Positions 38,201 through 47,953 of a stretch of 64,000 nt of DNA are shown here, one piece after another (the stretch's first letter is position 1; the number at the start of each line of letters is the position of its first letter). A program made the translations under genes and the position numbers. This DNA comes from Candidatus Omnitrophota bacterium (GTDB taxonomy: Bacteria > Omnitrophota > Gorgyraeia > Gygaellales > Profunditerraquicolaceae), in the NCBI GenBank assembly GCA_018825985.1, contig JAHKAP010000047.1, forward strand, positions 2,719-66,718, read 5' to 3'. The notes below the pieces were generated by a model, which did no database searches, was not told where the DNA came from, and worked only from the letters and a program-made list of their open reading frames with translations.

Positions 38201-39594
38201 GGACCCACACTTGCTCAGAATTGAAAGCTGGCGATGTTACTAAAGAAGTTACTCTTTGCGGCTGGGTGGGCGCCAGGCGCGATCATGGAAAACTTATATT
38301 TATTGATTTAAGAGATAGAGGCGGTATTACTCAAATCGTCTTTATACCCAAAGAATCAGGAGATGCCTATCAAAAAGCCCAGGAATTAAGGGATGAATTT
38401 GTATTGAAAATAAGGGGAATAGTTAATAAACGGCCCGCCAATAATCTAAACCAAAAGATACCTACCGGAGAAATAGAGATTATTGTTAAGGATCTGGAGA
38501 TTCTAAACTCCAGCCTTACACCTCCGTTTGAAATAAAGGATGACCTGGAAGTTACCGAAGAGATGCGTCTTAAATACCGTTATCTGGACTTACGCCGCAG
38601 GAGGGTGCTGGATAATTTTTTATTAAGGCCTAAGATGTACAGAGTCATTCGTTCTTTTCTGGATTCCCAGGGATTTTTAGAGTGCGAAACTCCAATCCTG
38701 ACCAAATCTACGCCCGAAGGAGCCAGGGATTACCTGGTTCCTTCTAGGCTTAATCCCGGGCAATTCTACGCGCTTCCCCAATCTCCGCAGCTATTTAAAC
38801 AGATATTAATGGTCTCAGGTATAGAGAAATACTATCAGATCGCAAAATGTTTCCGGGATGAGGATTTACGGTCTGACCGCCAGCCGGAATTTACCCAACT
38901 GGACCTGGAGATGTCTTTTATTCAAGAGGAGGATATTTTTTTTATATTTGAGCGGATGATGCAGTTGATATTTAAAGAATTGAAGAACATTGATATTAAG
39001 ATTCCGTTCCCTCGTTTAAGTTACAAAGAGTCTATTGGTAAATATGCCTGTGATAAGCCGGACCTAAGAAAAGAATTCAACAGCGATTTCGCCTTTGTCT
39101 GGGTTGTAGATTTTCCTCTTTTTAAATATAACCAGGAAGAGCAGCGCTGGGAGAGCGAACATCATCCTTTTACCGCTGTGGCTGACGGGGATATTGAAAT
39201 ATTAGAAAAGTCTCCGGATAAGGTGAAATCCCGTTCTTATGATTTAGTTTTAAACGGTACGGAGATCGGGTCTGGTTCGATAAGGATCCATAATCAACAA
39301 CTCCAGGAAAAGATATTTAACATTATAGGCATAGATAAAGAGGATGCTTATAAGCGGTTTGGATTTCTTTTGGAGGCTTTTCAATACGGGGCCCCGCCCC
39401 ACGGGGGGTTTGCTTTCGGGATAGACCGGTTATTGGCAATCATAGCCGGCGAGGCCAGCATCCGTGAGGTGATCGCTTTTCCGAAAAACCAAAAAGCGTT
39501 TTGCCCGCTTACCAGCGCGCCTTCGAATGTGGATAAGAAACAATTAAGAGAGTTAGGTATTATGCTTAAAGAAGGAGGAAAGAATGAGGCTTAA
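38194..39594 (+). CDS. aspS: Aspartate--tRNA ligase, bacterial-type sequence, compact form lacking the GAD insertion domain
   Basis: FRDEDLRSDRQPEFTQLDLEMSF (bacterial AspRS motif 2). DKPDLR is followed directly by WVVDFPLF, which would carry the ~130-aa GAD domain in E. coli. Confidence 0.8.
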   Translation: MLRTHTCSELKAGDVTKEVTLCGWVGARRDHGKLIFIDLRDRGGITQIVFIPKESGDAYQKAQELRDEFVLKIRGIVNKRPANNLNQKIPTGEIEIIVKDLEILNSSLTPPFEIKDDLEVTEEMRLKYRYLDLRRRRVLDNFLLRPKMYRVIRSFLDSQGFLECETPILTKSTPEGARDYLVPSRLNPGQFYALPQSPQLFKQILMVSGIEKYYQIAKCFRDEDLRSDRQPEFTQLDLEMSFIQEEDIFFIFERMMQLIFKELKNIDIKIPFPRLSYKESIGKYACDKPDLRKEFNSDFAFVWVVDFPLFKYNQEEQRWESEHHPFTAVADGDIEILEKSPDKVKSRSYDLVLNGTEIGSGSIRIHNQQLQEKIFNIIGIDKEDAYKRFGFLLEAFQYGAPPHGGFAFGIDRLLAIIAGEASIREVIAFPKNQKAFCPLTSAPSNVDKKQLRELGIMLKEGGKNEA

Positions 39595-40150
39595 GAATAT
39601 ATTTTCTTTGATTTTTTTATTTAGCGTATTTATATTTTCCGGATGTGTGGCCAGGACTTATCAAATGACCAGGGATAGGGTTGATCAAGATCTGCCGGGT
39701 AACCGCGGTTGTTTGCAGGGAAAATGCCTGCAGGATGAATTAGAGAGAAAGAAGACCCGTACGATCCAGGTGGTAGAAATTGAAATACCTTCTTTGACCG
39801 GGAAGAAGAAAGCCGTTTCGCAAGAGAGCCTGGAAGCGCCTCTAGTTAAGGAGAAGTCGCCGAAGGAGATTCCTGTTACTGGCGCGGCTTTAGTCCGCCA
39901 AGAGGAAAGATCCGTAGGGGGAGTCAAATTTGAGAAGTATACGGTTTTAAAAGATGATACCTTGCAGAAGATCTCGGAAAAATTCTACGGCACTTCCAAT
40001 AAATGGGAAAAAATTTACGAAACCAACAAAGCAATTCTTAAGACTCCGGACAGGCTTTATCCGGGTGAGTCAATTGATATTCCTATAGAATCAGGAAAAT
40101 CCGCGGAGTCAATTCCGGAAAATAAAAAAGTTAAAGATAATATCAAATAA
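39584..40150 (+). CDS. LysM-domain lipoprotein
   Basis: Lipobox FSGC. C-terminal LysM (YTVLKDDTLQKISEKFYG…). Confidence 0.6.
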   Translation: MRLKNIFSLIFLFSVFIFSGCVARTYQMTRDRVDQDLPGNRGCLQGKCLQDELERKKTRTIQVVEIEIPSLTGKKKAVSQESLEAPLVKEKSPKEIPVTGAALVRQEERSVGGVKFEKYTVLKDDTLQKISEKFYGTSNKWEKIYETNKAILKTPDRLYPGESIDIPIESGKSAESIPENKKVKDNIK

Positions 40151-40151
40151 T

Positions 40152-40216
40152 TAAATAGGGACAGCGACTATTTTTTAGCTCGCTCTCCCTATTTAAAAAA
40201 TAGTCGCTGTCCCTAT
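40152..40216. repeat. REP-like hairpin type B, second copy, with a diverged middle copy
   Basis: AAATAGGGACAGCGACTATTTTTT … AAAAAATAGTCGCTGTCCCTAT. Confidence 0.7.
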
Positions 40217-40218
40217 CA

Positions 40219-41187
40219 ATGGAAAATATAGTAAAACTGGATAATTTATCTGAAGCCCAGGCTCTTTTTGGGCTGCATGATGAAAATATCAGGGCTATAG
40301 AAAGGGAATTCAAGGTCAGACTGCGTCTAGATGAGAATCATTTAAGGATCAAGGGGCTGACCAATAATGTCAAGAAGGCCTCAGTTTTAATAAATAGCAT
40401 TATAAATACTATCCGCCTGCGGGGGAATGAGTCTTTAACTAAATCCGATATATATTCTTTGATTAAAGAAGCCAGGCAGAATAAAGCCGCTGGGATTATT
40501 GCCTTTCCCAAAAATAAGCCTTCAAGCGCGGTCCGAGCTTTATCAGCCAGGCCAATAGAGCCCAAGACTAAGGGGCAGCGGGAATATGTTGAGGCGATAA
40601 AAAAACACGATATTGTATTTGGTATCGGTCCTGCCGGGACAGGCAAGACTTACCTGGCGATGAGCTGCGCTGTCGAAGCCCTAAAAAACCAGGAGGTCCG
40701 CCGGATCATCCTTACCCGTCCTGCGATCGAGGCCGGGGAGTCTCTGGGATTTCTCCCCGGGGATATTTATGAAAAGATTTCTCCATATCTTAGGCCTCTT
40801 TATGATGCCTTGTATGATATGATGGATGCTGAGCGGATCGAGAAATATATTGAAACCGGGATTATTGAGGTCGCGCCCTTGGCTTATATGCGGGGTAGGA
40901 CCTTAAACGACGCTTTCATAATCCTGGATGAAGCCCAGAATTCTACGCCTGAACAGATGAAGATGTTTTTGACCAGGTTGGGTTTTGATTCCAAGGTCGT
41001 CATTACCGGAGATATAACCCAGAGTGATCTGCCCGGAGGCAGGCCGATAGGACTGCTTCAGGCTCAACAGATACTTAAGGATATCGAAGGCATTAAAATA
41101 GTCAAGTTTAGCGGATCTGATGTTGTCCGGCATGAACTGGTGCAAAAGATAATAGAAGCCTATGAAAAAGCCAGCAGTAATAATTAA
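40219..41187 (+). CDS. phoH: PhoH-like ATPase
   Basis: Walker A GPAGTGKT. Conserved phoH-ybeY neighbourhood. Confidence 0.9.
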   Translation: MENIVKLDNLSEAQALFGLHDENIRAIEREFKVRLRLDENHLRIKGLTNNVKKASVLINSIINTIRLRGNESLTKSDIYSLIKEARQNKAAGIIAFPKNKPSSAVRALSARPIEPKTKGQREYVEAIKKHDIVFGIGPAGTGKTYLAMSCAVEALKNQEVRRIILTRPAIEAGESLGFLPGDIYEKISPYLRPLYDALYDMMDAERIEKYIETGIIEVAPLAYMRGRTLNDAFIILDEAQNSTPEQMKMFLTRLGFDSKVVITGDITQSDLPGGRPIGLLQAQQILKDIEGIKIVKFSGSDVVRHELVQKIIEAYEKASSNN

Positions 41188-42565
41188 ACTGAAATTTATT
41201 TTTGGGTTACTTCGCCAGCCTAGGAAGATATTTGCGATCATCGGGTTTGCGCTTACCGCCGGATACATTTTTTTTATCAGTTATAGTTTGGGAATTAATC
41301 CGGTAATTATATTATTTTTATTTTCCCTGGCTATTTACCTTAAGTTCCTTCAAAAAAATCTTTTTTTAAAGGGATGCCGGATCATCAATCTAATCCTGCT
41401 TTTGGTGATAATTTTTCTGTTGGGATATTTTATTACCCGGATTGGCTGGCCTGTATATTGGACCCCGATCGCCGCAATCACCATGCTGGCTACATTGTTG
41501 TTCAGCCAGCCGGTAATTTCATTATTAATTGCCGTAGGTTCGGCGGTCACTGTAGCTTTTATTGAAAGAGGGGACCTTTATTTAGGGACATTATTTTTAA
41601 TCAGCGGTATCCTCTCTTCGGTGCTGGTCTTCGGCGCGCGCAGACGGGGTGTCATTATTCGCAGCGGGTTCATAATCGGAATTGTTCAGGCCCTCTCCTT
41701 ATTCTTTATTAAACGGTTTGATCCTTCAGGCTTAAATGATTATGCCATACTTGTTGCTAATGGGGTTTTGTGCGCTATCGCTACATTGGGAACGCTTACT
41801 ATTTTCGAGTACCTGTTTAACACCGTCACCAATGTAAGCCTTCTGGAACTAGCCGATTTTAACCATCCGTTATTGAACCGGATGATATTAGAAGCGCCTG
41901 GAACCTATCACCATAGTCTTATAGTCGGCAATCTATCTGAGGCTGCCTGTTCAGCTATTGGAGCGAATTCATTGCTGGCCAGGGTCGGAGCTTATTATCA
42001 TGATCTGGGTAAATTACGCAAACCCGAGTATTTCAGCGAGAATCAGGCTTTAAAAGGAAATAAGCATGAGGCCCTTTCTCCGACTATGAGCAAGTTGGTA
42101 ATAATAAATCACGTTAAGGAGGGGATGGACCTGGCTCGGGAATATAATATCAATCCCCGCCTGGTTGATTTTATCCAGCAGCATCACGGAACCAGCCTGG
42201 TTTACTATTTTTATAAAAGGGCAATCGAGGCCCTGGAAGAAGACCAGGATGTCAAGGAGGATGGTTTTCGCTATACCGGTCCTAAGCCGAATACCAAAGA
42301 AACCGCGGTGGTTCTTTTGGCTGATTCCGTGGAAGCGGCGACCCGGGCTTTAAAGGAACCCAGCGCCCAGAAGATCGAAGAAGTAGTGCATAAGATAATC
42401 AATAATAAATTCATTGACGGCCAGCTTGATGAATGTGATCTAACCTTAAAGGACCTGGAAAAGATATCCGGAGTTTTTATTCATATCTTAAGCGGCATAT
42501 ACCATACCCGGGTCAGCTATCCTGATGAAAAAACCGGCAATAGCAATAAGAAGTTTACAAAATAG
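41162..42565 (+). CDS. 7TM-HD membrane phosphohydrolase (PgpH/YqfF-like)
   Basis: Seven predicted TM helices, then an HD domain (HHSLIVGNL…YYHDLGK). Confidence 0.75.
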   Translation: MKKPAVIIKLKFIFGLLRQPRKIFAIIGFALTAGYIFFISYSLGINPVIILFLFSLAIYLKFLQKNLFLKGCRIINLILLLVIIFLLGYFITRIGWPVYWTPIAAITMLATLLFSQPVISLLIAVGSAVTVAFIERGDLYLGTLFLISGILSSVLVFGARRRGVIIRSGFIIGIVQALSLFFIKRFDPSGLNDYAILVANGVLCAIATLGTLTIFEYLFNTVTNVSLLELADFNHPLLNRMILEAPGTYHHSLIVGNLSEAACSAIGANSLLARVGAYYHDLGKLRKPEYFSENQALKGNKHEALSPTMSKLVIINHVKEGMDLAREYNINPRLVDFIQQHHGTSLVYYFYKRAIEALEEDQDVKEDGFRYTGPKPNTKETAVVLLADSVEAATRALKEPSAQKIEEVVHKIINNKFIDGQLDECDLTLKDLEKISGVFIHILSGIYHTRVSYPDEKTGNSNKKFTK

Positions 42566-43001
42566 GATATTTTTTGCGGGTGAACGCAGGAAAGCCGGAG
42601 CCGTTAATTCCCTCGATATCAAAAATCTTGTTTTTAAAACATTATCATTGAGGCCGTTAAATTGGAGCGGCCAAATAAGCATTTTGTTGGTAGGCGATAA
42701 AATGATCAGGGACCTTAATTTTAAATATCTCGATAAAAATAGACCGACTGATGTGCTGGCATTCGATCTGAGCCGGGGAAAAGGTGATATCACTTGTGAA
42801 ATTGTGGTCTCAACCGATGCCGCGTTTTATAACTCCAGGATTTATAAAACCTCTCCCGTTTATGAAACCTATCTTTACGTGGTCCATGGGCTGCTGCATA
42901 TATTAGGTTTTGATGACCGCGCAGAAATTGAGCGTAAATTTATGCAGAAAAAAGCCGAGAAAATACTTTTTGATTTTAATCCTCTAAACTCTAAACTCTA
43001 A
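42525..43001 (+). CDS. ybeY: rRNA maturation endoribonuclease YbeY
   Basis: HGLLHILGFDD zinc-binding motif. Confidence 0.85.
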   Translation: MKKPAIAIRSLQNRIFFAGERRKAGAVNSLDIKNLVFKTLSLRPLNWSGQISILLVGDKMIRDLNFKYLDKNRPTDVLAFDLSRGKGDITCEIVVSTDAAFYNSRIYKTSPVYETYLYVVHGLLHILGFDDRAEIERKFMQKKAEKILFDFNPLNSKL

Positions 43002-43024
43002 ACTTCAAGCTCCAAACTAAAATA

Positions 43025-43792
43025 ATGCCTATACATAAAGCCGAAGCAATAGTTCTTAGTAAGCGTGATTTTCGCGAAACTTCTTTAATAGTTAATTTTT
43101 ATACCAGGGAGTTCGGAAAACTATCCGGAATCTTAAAAGGGATCAGGAAAGAACCGATTAAGTTTGCCAGCAGCCTGGAGCCGTTTTCGCTCAACGATAT
43201 AGTATTTTATAAAAACAGGTCTACTACGCTTCATTTGGTAAGCCAGTGTGATCTTAAGGATAATTTTTCTTCGATACGGCAGAATATGTTCAAGGTGGGG
43301 ATGGCTAGCATAGTCTTGGAGTTGATAGACGCCGTAATGCAGCTGGATGATAAGAATGAAGATATTTTTCAGCTGGGCCTGGATACTCTTGCGGGGTTGG
43401 CTTCGGCTCCTAATCCGGACAAGATTACCACTATTTTCAAGATTAAAATGCTTTCTCTGTCAGGTTTTAAACCAAATCTGGATTCTTGCGTTGTCTGCTC
43501 AAACAAGATCCTTGGGGAATCGAAATTTAGCCTCAAATCAGGCGGACTGCTTTGTTTAAGATGCGCCCCTAAAGATTTGAATTCCCGTTCGATATTCAGG
43601 GGCACGATAGCTACGATCTTGCATATTGAAAGGAACGATTTTAAGTGTAACCTGAATTTAGGTATTAATCCGCAGATTAAAAAAGAATTGGACCTGGTGC
43701 TGAACGCTTTTCTAAATTTTCACCTAGAGAAGGAACTAAAATCCCAGAAAGTACTGCATAAGATCGAGAATTTTATTCCAGTAATTAGATAG
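43025..43792 (+). CDS. recO: DNA repair protein RecO
   Basis: OB-fold N-terminus and a C4 zinc finger (CVVCSNK…CLRC). Confidence 0.85.
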   Translation: MPIHKAEAIVLSKRDFRETSLIVNFYTREFGKLSGILKGIRKEPIKFASSLEPFSLNDIVFYKNRSTTLHLVSQCDLKDNFSSIRQNMFKVGMASIVLELIDAVMQLDDKNEDIFQLGLDTLAGLASAPNPDKITTIFKIKMLSLSGFKPNLDSCVVCSNKILGESKFSLKSGGLLCLRCAPKDLNSRSIFRGTIATILHIERNDFKCNLNLGINPQIKKELDLVLNAFLNFHLEKELKSQKVLHKIENFIPVIR

Positions 43793-43794
43793 GA

Positions 43795-43931
43795 AGAAAT
43801 GGGGTCACAAGAAATGGGGTCACACAAGAAATGGGGTCAGAATTATTTTTTCGTATCAAGTAAAGTAGACAAAAATAATTCTGACCCCATTTCTCAAAAA
43901 TAATTCTGACCCCATTTCTTGACCACATTTC
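43795..43931. repeat. Compound REP type A cluster: three tandem GAAATGGGGTCA half-sites, one full pair, and an extra 3' half
   Basis: AGAAATGGGGTCA x3 … AAAAATAATTCTGACCCCATTTCT x2. Confidence 0.8.
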
Positions 43932-43956
43932 TAAAAAAGGCTGAAAGGGGGTGGGG

Positions 43957-44886
43957 ATGAAAATAGCGATAGTCGGGCCGGGGGCAATGGGATGTTTATT
44001 CGCCGCTTTTTTATCAAAAACAGACGCGGATATAGTTTTAATAGATAAAGACAGCCAGCGCGCGGAAAAAATAAATCAGCAAGGCATAATAGTCGAAGGA
44101 GTTTCCGGAAGTTGGCAGGCAAAAGTAAAAGTAACTTCCGATATCAAGGATATAGGCGCGCTGGATTTAATATTGCTCTGCGTAAAATCCTACGATACCA
44201 AGTCAGCTTGCGCCCAAGTCAAGTTATTAGCCGGTGAAAATACCTTGGTTCTTACATTGCAAAATGGTATCGGTAATATTGAAATATTGGGTGAGATCAT
44301 CGGTCAGGATAAAATAATCGCCGGGATCACTAATTTAGGTTCGACATTGATAGGTTTTGGGCATATTAATCATGCCGGATTTGGCGAAACTATAATTGGC
44401 AGGATGGATAATAAACTTCCTGCCGGGATGCGTTCTATCAGAGAAGTTTTTAATAAAGCAGGTTTAGATACTAGGATATCCAGGGATATTAAGGGTTTAT
44501 TATGGTCAAAGTTAGTAATCAATGCCGGGATAAATCCTCTTAGCGCTATAACCAGGCTGAAGAACGGGCGTCTGGTGGAGGCAGAACCTGCCCGCAAGAT
44601 TCTGCGCGAGACGGTTACAGAGGTTGTAAAAGTGATCAAGCGCAAAAGGATCAAACTGATCTTTGATGATCCTTTGGCTAAGGTTGAAGCGGTATGTGAG
44701 GCCACGGCCGGCAACGTATCCTCCATGCTCCAGGATGTCCTTAATAATAAACGCACCGAAATAGATTTTATTAATGGAGTAGTTGTGCGTATGGCTCAGG
44801 AGTTGGGGGTGCCAGCTCCGGTAAATTCGTTTTTAGTGGAATTGGTTAAAACTATTGAAATAAGTTACGGATTATCCTTAAAATGA
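43957..44886 (+). CDS. panE: 2-dehydropantoate 2-reductase
   Basis: Rossmann IVGPGAMG and the ApbA C-terminal domain. Confidence 0.8.
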   Translation: MKIAIVGPGAMGCLFAAFLSKTDADIVLIDKDSQRAEKINQQGIIVEGVSGSWQAKVKVTSDIKDIGALDLILLCVKSYDTKSACAQVKLLAGENTLVLTLQNGIGNIEILGEIIGQDKIIAGITNLGSTLIGFGHINHAGFGETIIGRMDNKLPAGMRSIREVFNKAGLDTRISRDIKGLLWSKLVINAGINPLSAITRLKNGRLVEAEPARKILRETVTEVVKVIKRKRIKLIFDDPLAKVEAVCEATAGNVSSMLQDVLNNKRTEIDFINGVVVRMAQELGVPAPVNSFLVELVKTIEISYGLSLK

Positions 44887-45266
44887 ACACACGGATAAAA
44901 AGAAATATTTTAGTAGTTGACGATAATAAAAATAATAGGGATGTGGTAAGTATGACTTTGGAGGAGGCCGGCCACAGGGTGATTGCTGTGGCCGCCGGGA
45001 CCCATGGTTTGGAGAAACTTAAAACCGAAAAAATAGATCTGATTATTTTAGAATTAGTTTTAGCTGGTTTAGATGGTTACGGATTATTGACGATGCTTAA
45101 AAGCGATCCTCTGACTAAAGAAATACCGGTTTTGGTCCTGACCGGCAGGGATTCAAGGGGCGAGGTAGAGGAAGCGATAAAATTAGGAGCAGTTGATTGT
45201 ATAGTAAGATACAGGCTTCCACCGGCAGAACTTTTGAAAATCGTAAATATAATCCTAAAAGGTTAA
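44883..45266 (+). CDS. Stand-alone receiver (REC) domain with Glu at the phospho-acceptor position and Arg at the conserved Lys
   Basis: LVVDD; IDLIILELVLAG (Glu where Asp57 is expected); VLVLTG; VDCIVRYR (Arg where Lys109 is expected). Confidence 0.8.
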   Translation: MNTRIKRNILVVDDNKNNRDVVSMTLEEAGHRVIAVAAGTHGLEKLKTEKIDLIILELVLAGLDGYGLLTMLKSDPLTKEIPVLVLTGRDSRGEVEEAIKLGAVDCIVRYRLPPAELLKIVNIILKG

Positions 45267-45281
45267 AAAAAGGAGGATATC

Positions 45282-45653
45282 GTGGCCAAAGTAGTAATGG
45301 TAGTTGATGATAGCAAAATGAGCCGGGAAGTCATCCGGATGAGCCTTGAAAAGGCGGATTATCAGGTAATCCTTGCCGAGAATGGCGAGCAGGCCATCGA
45401 TAAATTAAAAACAGATAATAAAGTTGATTTAATTATTCTAGACCTGGTGCTTCCTGGTTTGGACGGTTTTGGCGTCCTTTGCATTATTAAGAATGATCCG
45501 GTACTAAAAAATATTCCGGTAATAATTTTTACAAACAGGGAATCAGAGGCAGATAGGCAGGAGGCATTAGAATTAGGGGCGATAGATGTTATGGTTAAGC
45601 ATAGAGAATCCCAGGATGATCTTGTAAAATATATTAAACAGTTGATACAATAG
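45282..45653 (+). CDS. Stand-alone CheY-like receiver domain (canonical)
   Basis: VVDD, VDLIILDLVLPG, IIFTN, VMVKH. Confidence 0.85.
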   Translation: MAKVVMVVDDSKMSREVIRMSLEKADYQVILAENGEQAIDKLKTDNKVDLIILDLVLPGLDGFGVLCIIKNDPVLKNIPVIIFTNRESEADRQEALELGAIDVMVKHRESQDDLVKYIKQLIQ

Positions 45654-46562
45654 ATGTTAATTTTTTTATTATCGGTTATTATATTCAGCGGCTGTTCACA
45701 GCAGAATCTTTATAAAGACAGCCGGATAATCATGGGCACTTTTGTTGAAGTAACCTCTCCTTATAAGGGGGCGGCCAACACAGCCTTCCAGGAAATCTCC
45801 AGGATCGAGAAGTTACTGAGCAAATATGACCCGGACAGCGAAATATCCAGGCTGAATAGATCCGGGGAATTAGCGCTCAGTGAGGATACTGGGAATGTTT
45901 TAAAAAAAGCCAGAGAGTTTTGGAGGCTTACCGCAGGCAGCTTTGATGTGACCATCGGGCCTTTAATGGACCTCTGGGGATTTACGACAAAGAATTATCG
46001 TCTGCCTGAAGACACTCAGATCAAGAAAACCCTGGAACTAGTTGGTTTTGATAAAATTATCTTTAATGATGAAAATAATGTGGTAAAATACATTTTTTCC
46101 GGGGCAGAAATAGACTTGGGCGGCATTGCCAAGGGGTATGCAATTGATCGGGCAGTATTTAAGTTAAAAGAAAAAGGCATATTCAGCTGTTTGATAAACG
46201 CCGGCGGCCAGGTTTATTGCTTAGGGGATAATTTCGGTAAGCCTTGGCGAGTCGGTATAAAAAACCCGCGCAAGCCCGGAATTGTTGATTATTTAGAGCT
46301 CAGAGATAAAGCGGTCTCGACCTCCGGAGATTATGAACAATATTTTATTATTAATGGCAGGCGTTTTTCTCACATAATGGATCCTAAAACAGGTTATCCG
46401 GTTGATAGGGGAGTAGTTGCAGTAACAGTGGTTGCCGATGATTCGACTCTGGCAGACGCGCTATCAACTTCGATTTTTGTGTTGGGTAAAGAAAAAGGGT
46501 TGGAATTGGCAAAAAAAATACCCGGTGTACAAGTAAATATTTTAAGCAATGAGCAGTATTAA
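45654..46562 (+). CDS. apbE: FAD:protein FMN transferase (ApbE family)
   Basis: ApbE fold (IMGTFVEV…, GGIAKGYAIDRA). Lipoprotein-like N-terminus. Confidence 0.85.
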   Translation: MLIFLLSVIIFSGCSQQNLYKDSRIIMGTFVEVTSPYKGAANTAFQEISRIEKLLSKYDPDSEISRLNRSGELALSEDTGNVLKKAREFWRLTAGSFDVTIGPLMDLWGFTTKNYRLPEDTQIKKTLELVGFDKIIFNDENNVVKYIFSGAEIDLGGIAKGYAIDRAVFKLKEKGIFSCLINAGGQVYCLGDNFGKPWRVGIKNPRKPGIVDYLELRDKAVSTSGDYEQYFIINGRRFSHIMDPKTGYPVDRGVVAVTVVADDSTLADALSTSIFVLGKEKGLELAKKIPGVQVNILSNEQY

Positions 46563-47874
46563 ATCTAATTCAATGTTTATATATTTTTCCCAGCTTTTGG
46601 ATAAGCCGGTGGTTGATTCCGGCGGCCGGGTAGCGGGAGAATTGTATGATATTATAGTAAAAGCAACAGAGGTTTATCCTCAGTCATCCCACCTGATAAT
46701 CCGCAAGGGGTGGTCTCTTAACAAGCAGTATGCGGTTGTGCCTTGGGTGAGTATTGCCGAGAGGGATAATAAAGAAATAAGGCTTAATATCGGCGCTAGC
46801 GCGATCGTTTTTACCGAGCATCACAATAACAAAGAAGAATTCACTCTGCGCCGGGATATACTGGATCAGCAGGTAGTAGATACTTATAATCATAAAGCGA
46901 TCCGGGTAAATGATATTCATCTTTTAGCAGTAGATCATTCTTTAATGATCGCGCATGTGGATGTAAGCGTAAGAGGATTATTCAGGCGCTTAGGTTTTGA
47001 AGGCCTGGTCGATTTTCTGGTCGGCTTAGTGAACAAAGACGCAGATTACCTTTTAACCGAGCATCTGATACCCTGGAAACATATACAGCCTTTATCGGTT
47101 AATCCAGTCAGTATGACTATTAAGGTAAATTTCCCTCAGAAGAAGCTCAACAGTATACCTGCCGCAGATCTGGGCGAGATCTTTCTTGACCTGAATGTCA
47201 AGGATCAGACGGCTTTATTCAAGTCTCTGGATGTTAATTCTAAGGCTAAGGTTTTTCTGGGGATCGATTTTAAATATCAGAAGTCGTTGATTGAAGACCT
47301 GCCCGATCCTGAAATAGCCGCTATCTTAAATGCCTTGCCCACTGACGAAGCTACTGATTTTTTAGAGAAACTGCCTAAGGACCAGGTCAACCGGTTTTTG
47401 GCGATCATGGAAAATAAGCAGGCCAAGAAGTTATCTCAATTATTAGGTTATTCCAGCGATTCAGCAGGCGGGCTTATGACCGCCGATTTTTTATCGGTAT
47501 TTAAGAATATGCCGGTTGAGGCGGTATTAATCCAGATCAGGGAGAGGGCGTTTAAGGTTGAACCCGTACAGTTAGTATATATTATTGATGAAAATAATAA
47601 GTTGGTAGGCGCGACTAATTTCAGGAGGCTTATTTTAGCCAGCCCGGCTGATCCGGTATCCAAAACAGCTTTTGCCAAGACCTATTTTGTTAATTTAAAC
47701 TCTAGCGTGAAGGAAGTGGCTTATCTAATGGAGAAGTATAAATATTATGCAATTCCGGTAGTGGATGATAACAATGCCCTGCAGGGGATTATTACGGTCG
47801 ACGATATATTGAGCCAGGTTATTTCTATTGCCTGGCGCAGGCTGAAGAAAATAAAAATACTTCCGAAACAATAA
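46549..47874 (+). CDS. Soluble regulatory protein: two PRC-barrel domains, MgtE N-terminal domain, CBS pair. The MgtE transmembrane channel domain is absent.
   Basis: MgtE_N motif (…LGYSSDSAGGLMTADF) and CBS pair. The protein ends after the CBS pair with no hydrophobic segments. Confidence 0.7.
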   Translation: MSSIKSNSMFIYFSQLLDKPVVDSGGRVAGELYDIIVKATEVYPQSSHLIIRKGWSLNKQYAVVPWVSIAERDNKEIRLNIGASAIVFTEHHNNKEEFTLRRDILDQQVVDTYNHKAIRVNDIHLLAVDHSLMIAHVDVSVRGLFRRLGFEGLVDFLVGLVNKDADYLLTEHLIPWKHIQPLSVNPVSMTIKVNFPQKKLNSIPAADLGEIFLDLNVKDQTALFKSLDVNSKAKVFLGIDFKYQKSLIEDLPDPEIAAILNALPTDEATDFLEKLPKDQVNRFLAIMENKQAKKLSQLLGYSSDSAGGLMTADFLSVFKNMPVEAVLIQIRERAFKVEPVQLVYIIDENNKLVGATNFRRLILASPADPVSKTAFAKTYFVNLNSSVKEVAYLMEKYKYYAIPVVDDNNALQGIITVDDILSQVISIAWRRLKKIKILPKQ

Positions 47875-47881
47875 TATGAAT

Positions 47882-47946
47882 GAAATGGGGTCAGAATTAT
47901 TTTTTCTTTATTTTATGTGCTCGAAAAAATAATTCTGACCCCATTA
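47882..47946. repeat. Paired REP type A
   Basis: GAAATGGGGTCAGAATTATTTTTTC…GAAAAAATAATTCTGACCCCATTA. Flanked by the similar 13-mers AATATGAATGAAA and AATTATGAATAAA. Confidence 0.8.
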
Positions 47947-47953
47947 ATTAATT

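Noticed and set aside
42964-43012. AAACTCT heptamer tandem repeat between ybeY and recO
   Set aside because: Only three short low-complexity copies. It was regarded as incidental.
43347-43605. ORFs 43347-43559 (+) and 43369-43605 (-) inside recO
   Set aside because: Alternate-frame ORFs inside a conserved gene. No support.
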